From NCBI GenBank assembly GCA_964016885.1, contig OZ024740.1, forward strand, positions 265,918,001 to 265,982,000: a stretch of DNA of 64,000 bases. The letters are read 5' to 3'. The position numbers and the translations under genes were made by a program. Of this stretch, positions 58,398 to 64,000 are shown in pieces; positions within the stretch are counted from its first letter, which is position 1; each line of letters opens with the position of its first letter. The notes beneath the pieces are model-generated. The model had not been told where the DNA came from. It saw only the letters and a list, made by a program, of their open reading frames with translations, and ran no database searches. Source of the DNA: Eledone cirrhosa. Taxonomy: Eukaryota.

Positions 58398-58661
58398 TGT
58401 TTCTTTTATTTGCCACCAGGGCATCAAAAGTGGGACAAGTACAACGGGGGAAGTTTACATAAAAAGGCGTCCTCAATAAGGAGGAGGCAATAACAATATA
58501 TAAAAATAAAATAAAATATAACAAAAAATAAAATTTATAACAAAGTCCTCAATAGAGAGGAGGCGCCTTGGGGGGTCGCACACACCCCCGAAAAAAGTGT
58601 GCAACCCTTCTCCTCAGGAGCACAGAGAAGGGGTGCTCCCTTGGTCTTTCATCTTCCTCAC

Positions 58662-61600
58662 CTATAGTCTGATGTAGAGTGAAGGCCCATTCACACGGGC
58701 CATTCTCGCCACTTTCACCCATCTTTCATAGAAACGGCTGGGGTGAAGCACCTCTCTCTCCATGCTGATCCTTCTTCCGAAATGATATCGGAAGAAACGG
58801 ACCAGTTGTTGGCCAGAGAGAAAGGTGCCTGACCTCAGTCCTTTCAGACGCGTCCACCATACAACCTCTTTCGCCATGGCTATTACGCACATAACACCGC
58901 CTCTGCTTCATCTTTGAAGGGGGGAGGCGGCTTGATCATTACAATAGACTCGGTGATCAACCGGATCGGTCCCACCCTTGACAGCAGTTGTTCGACATAG
59001 CCCCACAGATCGGCTACGCCCGAGCAGTGTACCAATGCGTGTGCAACGGTTTCCTCGTCGCACACGCATCTGGGACAGATCTTTTTGGCGGGGTCCCTAC
59101 CCGGGCGCCCGTGTCTGTAGAGCCTTTCTTGAACGGGTAAAGCTCCTCGGTAGCACTGCCAGACCAGGGACTTCTGGAAGTTGTCCATAGGTCCCGAGCT
59201 GAATGTCCTACCGAACAGGCCGGCCAGTTCGTCCTCCTCCATGTCTAGGGCTTCTCCGAGGGCGTCGTCGCACCTGCTGCGTACCAGCCCTCTATAGAAT
59301 GTTGCGGTGGAGTCTCCACTGATAACCGGATCCGCCTGCCAGAGGGCGGTGAGCGCCTGGGCACACTCAGTGTGCCAGGCGCCCAGTTTTCTCGGTCTTT
59401 GCTTGACCCAGGATTGCAGCTCGGTGAGTGAGACGAGTCTGGGAAAGGTTCGTCTCACAAACGAGGCCCACACCGGTTGTCCGGTGAGGAATACGTAGAG
59501 GTGCCGTAGCCTTAATGCGTGTTTACGCATCATTAGCCGCAGCATCCCCAGCCCTCCTTTCGAAGGGTGTTGACAGCAGATGGATCTCCTCACCATAGGA
59601 GCCCGCCTCTTCCAAAGGAATTGGAAGAGCGCGCGCTCCATCTTAGTGAGGGTTTCCCTTGGGCAGGGCACTACGGTCAGGCGGTAGTAGATGACGGACG
59701 CTATGTAGGTGTTCGCCACCTCCGCCCGATTTTCAGGGATAGTTTGCAACTGGCCGACTTCTGGGTCAGTGCAAACACCCTGTTCGTAACCTCCGCCCAG
59801 TTTTTCTCCACCTGGAGGTCCGGTCCGAACCAGAACCCGAGCAACTTCACCGGGCCCTCCGTCCAGCGTCCGACGACGCCATCGGAGGGCATCGGTCTGC
59901 CCCTCCACGTGCCGAGTTGCAAACCGATCGACTTGTCTCGGTTCAGCTTAGCCCCTGTGAACTTTTCGTACTCCTCCAGTAAGGTGCCGACCGCCTCGAT
60001 TTCGGAGGCCGTCGACAACATTACTGTCACGTCATCGGCGTAGGCCGACACCGCTTTCCGCAATCCCGGTTCCAAAGGGATGCCCTGCAACAACTCCAAC
60101 TTCCGCAGTAGTGGCTCGAGAGTCAACACATACAGAAGGGAGGAGAGAGGGCACCCTTGTCAGATGGACCGCGCGATTTTGAACGGCTCCGAGAGGTAGC
60201 CGTTCACCTTGACGCTAGAGCAGATGCGGCTGCTGTGCATAGCAGTGATCCAGCCCCTGAAAACGGGTCCGAAGCCTGCCGCCGCTAGCACCGCATCCAG
60301 GTAACCATGGTCGACCCTATCGAACGCCTTAGATTGATCCAAGTTGATCAGAGCCCCACCAAAGCCGGGTTCGTTCCCAACCCTCTCTATGATGTATCGC
60401 ATGAGGTGGAGGTTGTCATGGATGGACCTGGACGGGATAGCGCATGTCTGCGCATCTCCCACCAGGTTGCCCACGACAAGCACCAACCTCTTTGCTAGCA
60501 CCTTGGCCAAAATCTGTAACTCTGTATTTAGCAGAGTTATGGGCCTGAAGTTACTTATTTCGTCCCCCTTGTTCTCGTCCTTCCTCACTAGCGTGACTAC
60601 GCCCTTGGTCACAGTACAGGGAATTCTCCCGTTCTGTTGCCAGTTGCAGTAGACCGCCTCGAGGAGATCGGGGAACAAGTCCGGCATAGCTAGATATAAT
60701 TCGTAAGGAAGACCATCGAGACCCGGGGATTTGCGTTTGCCGCATTGGCTCAGCACGTCCTCTATCTCAGCGGCCGAAATCGGCTCCTCGCAGGACTTCG
60801 CCTCCCTGTCCGAGAGGCGCGGCAGGCCGTCGAGGTATGGACCGAAGTCCACGTTCCCAACCGGCTCCCCGCCCCTCCCGAACAGTCGGGCAAAGTGCCT
60901 TTGAAAGGCCTCACACATCTGCTTAGGCTCAAGAATCGCCCGTCCATCCAGGTCTCGCAAAGACCGGATGGTCGATTTAGTTCCACTGTTGGCCTCTGTC
61001 ACGCGGGCCCAGCTAACAGCTTTGGTCCCCTTGTTCCCTAGAGCACGTATTTTACTTCGGACAACGCAGCCTTCGTGCTTCGCGTCGAAAAACTGGCTCA
61101 AAGCCGTTCTCGACGCTAGCACTCTGGCCACGTCGCCGCTTCTAATTGCCTCTTCTACTCTATCTATTAGCTCCCTTTCCTTCCTATTCCTATCCGCAGC
61201 TAGAACCTTACTAAATTCTATCGAGACTACTCTAATCTCTCTCTTTAGAGATACCCACCACCTGCTGTTGACGATCGCTCCAGTCAACCGTTCCTTAACT
61301 AACGTACTAATCCGATTCCTGTAGGCTCTACTTGCCGGCAAGGACAAGTTGAGATTCCAGTAACCGGGGCCCTGTCTATGAGTTCTGTCAAGGTTGACCA
61401 TGCAGGTCACCAATTTGTGGTCTGAATAGCCAACCATGCGCATTTTTGGACAACTTAAAAAGTCCTTATCCTTAATTCTAACTAAGAACCTATCTAGGTA
61501 CGACCTAGATGATCCGCTACGATTTGCCCAAGTCCAGGTTGGCGCAGTCGGAAAATCTAGTCGATATCTATCGGCCAGGTCAAATCGACCGATTAACCCT

Positions 61601-62097
61601 TTGAGGCTATTACACCCCTCTCTATCGGGGCAGGCCCCTACGTAGTCCCAGCGTGCATCTAGGATACCATTCCAGTCCCCCACTAATAGCAAGGAGCGGG
61701 ACGTCCCTAGAAAAGTCTCCAGACGATGGAAGAAGTCCGGCCGCATTGACCCGAAAGGGCCGTAGGCGGCTACCAACCTAAACGCTCCGCCTTTACCACT
61801 GCCAAGGTCCAGAACCACTAGTCGACCCTCCGGGTCCAAATGTACCATCTGTGTTGCGAGACCCAGATGTTTTTGCAGCAGAACGACAACTCCACCCCCA
61901 CCTCCGGGCTGACAGAGAGATGCGTGCATCTCAAAGTCATCAAAGGTGGGGGCCAGCTGTCGCACGTTGCTGATCCGGGCCTCGCAAATAACCATCACAT
62001 CTATACGTTGTGACCCGAGGTCATTTAGAAGCATTGCTTGCTTCCAAGTTGAGCCCAGGCCACGCGCATTTAAACAGCCTGCTCTTAGCATAGCCAT
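58662..62097 (-). pseudogene. Tx1-like ORF2 (AP endonuclease, RT, C-terminal zinc finger), about 3 frameshifts
   Basis: CLNARGL, GDWN, YLDRFL, SDH, KSPGLDG, FRPITLLN, LDQSKAFDRVDH, QGCPLS, AYADDV, GGLG, CPRC...ETVAHALVHC. Confidence 0.93.
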
Positions 62098-62218
62098 GTT
62101 GGTGGTGAAGAGAAAAGGCACTTACCTCTCTGCGTCCCGGGTATCGGGCTGCACAATTTCCATTAGGGTGGGGGATGGGTTGTTGGGTGGGGTGGTGGTT
62201 TGTGGAAGTGTGGGGGCA

Positions 62219-63913
62219 TCAGTGTGTTGTGGTTGGGGAGCTTGGAGTTGTGTGGGTGTTTGGGGAGGGGGCGGGATAGTTTTTTAGGAGGACGCGGTTA
62301 ATGGGCCCGACGCAGGGGGGACCCACGTCCTCTTTAAAATTGTTTTTTAAAGTTTTATAGGTGTCCTGTGGGGCCTTAATCATTTTGAGGTGGGGGAAAT
62401 CCCCTGCCTGGGTGAAGTTAGGCCCTTGTGTTTTTATTAGATTGTTGTTGTACACAATGTTTAACAGTTTTTTGTTTCTTGTATTTATGTATGTGTATGC
62501 ATGTTTTTGTTTTTGTGTGGTGTTTTTTGTTTGCTGTTGTTGTGAGCTCTTTTGTGTTGGTGTCAGTGTTATGTTTTGGGGAGGGGTTTTTTTCATTTGT
62601 GTGTCTGAGGTGTGTTTTCTTTTTTTTCTTTTGATTGTGTGGAAGTGCTCCTCCTCGTCTGACGACGAACTAGGGTCATCTTCCGCGTTGGAGGGGAGGG
62701 GTATATTTTCGGGTTGTGTTTGCGGTACGGGTGTTTTGGAAATTGTTTTTGTTTTTTGAGTGGAGGGGATGGGTTGGACATTGTTTTGTTTTGGTTTGAG
62801 CTGTGGTGGTTGTTTTTGTAGTGGTAGTTGTGGTGATTGTGTTGGTTGTGCAGTTGTTGGTGGTGTAGGCAGGATTGGGGTTTTCTTATTAAGTTGGGGA
62901 CAGACAGCCCTCAGGTGACCTCTGGTTCCGCAGAGGTAACACGAGGGCCGTCTACCCTCAACGGTAATGTTGATGAAGGTTAGATCATCCAGTATGACGC
63001 GTTCAGGGATCTGGGCGATCCTTTCGGGCCTCATTTGAACTACAAGTTCGAGGCTCGTTCCACTGAACGCGTCACCCGATGCCTTTCCCATGGACACCAG
63101 CATGTCATCCTCCAGGTCCAGAAAACCTGTCAAAACCCACCATATGTCCATAATCGGCAGGATGGTGTGGATTTTTATTTTTTGTGTTCTTCTACCCATG
63201 TACGTAGGGTAGAAGGTGTATGCGGTGGATGTGATTGGTTTGATGGACAGTTTCACTGCTGTGTCCCTGTCCTTCATGAGAATGGATAGACTCCCGTAGA
63301 GTCTATCCTTCTGAATGAAGGTGATGTCCTTCATGACGTCTTTTAAAACCAGCTCTATCTCGCTCTGTGATGGTTGAGCTGGTTTTTTACTTTTGTTCGA
63401 GATTGTCCTAAACATGACCGTGTTTAGGAGTCTCTGGCTTTTTAGTTCCGGGGGGGAATGGATTGTGAATGAACCATTTTCCCCGTACACTATATATTTT
63501 TTCGCATCCGCCAGTAGCTCCTTCGCTTTTGTTATATCTACTGGCAGATAGTCGAGGGTTTTCCTTGTCGTCTCGGCGAAGGAGAAATTTTGTTTGTTTG
63601 TGTTGTTGTTGTCGTTGGTGGTGGTGTTGTTATCATTGTTGTTGTTGTCACCGTTATTGGTCTTGTTGTTGTTGTTATTGTTATTGTTATTGGTGTTGTT
63701 TTCGTCCGTCGCATTGTTGTTGTTGTTGCTGTTGCTGCTGGTTCTTTGGGTTGTTGCCATGGCAACGTCAAGTTGTCGGTTAACAGGTGGAGAGAATTCT
63801 TCCTCTGGCTGACCTTTCTTCTTGACCTCTGCTACTGTGACAGTGGCAGGGGGAAGCTGTAAGTTCATCTTCCCCTTTCCCCCTTCGAATTTTGGTGAAG
63901 AAGCTTCGGCCAT
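62219..63913 (-). CDS. Tx1-like ORF1 (gag-like nucleic-acid-binding protein)
   Basis: 564-aa open frame upstream of ORF2 with CYLCGTRGHLRAVC zinc knuckle (CX2CX4HX4C), Asn-rich and Pro/Gln/Thr-rich tracts, basic KRKKRK. Confidence 0.85.
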   Translation of the reverse strand: MAEASSPKFEGGKGKMNLQLPPATVTVAEVKKKGQPEEEFSPPVNRQLDVAMATTQRTSSNSNNNNNATDENNTNNNNNNNNNKTNNGDNNNNDNNTTTNDNNNTNKQNFSFAETTRKTLDYLPVDITKAKELLADAKKYIVYGENGSFTIHSPPELKSQRLLNTVMFRTISNKSKKPAQPSQSEIELVLKDVMKDITFIQKDRLYGSLSILMKDRDTAVKLSIKPITSTAYTFYPTYMGRRTQKIKIHTILPIMDIWWVLTGFLDLEDDMLVSMGKASGDAFSGTSLELVVQMRPERIAQIPERVILDDLTFINITVEGRRPSCYLCGTRGHLRAVCPQLNKKTPILPTPPTTAQPTQSPQLPLQKQPPQLKPKQNNVQPIPSTQKTKTISKTPVPQTQPENIPLPSNAEDDPSSSSDEEEHFHTIKRKKRKHTSDTQMKKTPPQNITLTPTQKSSQQQQTKNTTQKQKHAYTYINTRNKKLLNIVYNNNLIKTQGPNFTQAGDFPHLKMIKAPQDTYKTLKNNFKEDVGPPCVGPINRVLLKNYPAPSPNTHTTPSSPTTTH

Positions 63914-64000
63914 TTAAAAAAATATTTACTTTTCAACAAGAAAAAACTTTTTTTTGTTTAACTATTTCGCCTAAAGGCGTAGAATATTTTGAGAGACTGA

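Larger units (their letters stand above)
58398..64000 (-). mobile_element. Tx1/L1-clade non-LTR retrotransposon, near full length (5' end may extend beyond the window)
   Basis: Two-ORF layout; 3' UTR with AATAAA at 58410-58405 directly followed by (ATCT)n. Confidence 0.92.

Overview
AT-rich eukaryotic (metazoan) repeat-dominated window with no supportable host protein-coding gene. The SINE and microsatellite spectrum resembles a coleoid cephalopod such as Octopus (inference). It holds a near-full-length Tx1/L1-clade non-LTR retrotransposon ending in an (ATCT)n array (58.4-64 kb, minus), and a decayed full-length Penelope-like element (PLE; RT plus GIY-YIG) with direct and inverted pseudo-LTRs (10-16 kb). 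It also holds several other PLE fragments, R4/Dong-like and RTE-like LINE fragments, tRNA-derived SINEs and very many (TA)n, (TG)n and (ATAC)n arrays. The main hidden signal is non-coding: by eye I find about 22 canonical or near-canonical minimal type I hammerhead ribozymes (HHRs) plus degenerate ones. They include a 525-bp tandem repeat with one HHR per unit (retrozyme/circRNA-like), HHRs with the compensatory U3-A8 core variant, and HHRs placed on both arms of long inverted repeats. Two PLE-type insertions are flanked by unusually long direct duplications (about 240 bp and 1.2 kb). All folds and alignments were done manually and need computational and biochemical confirmation.
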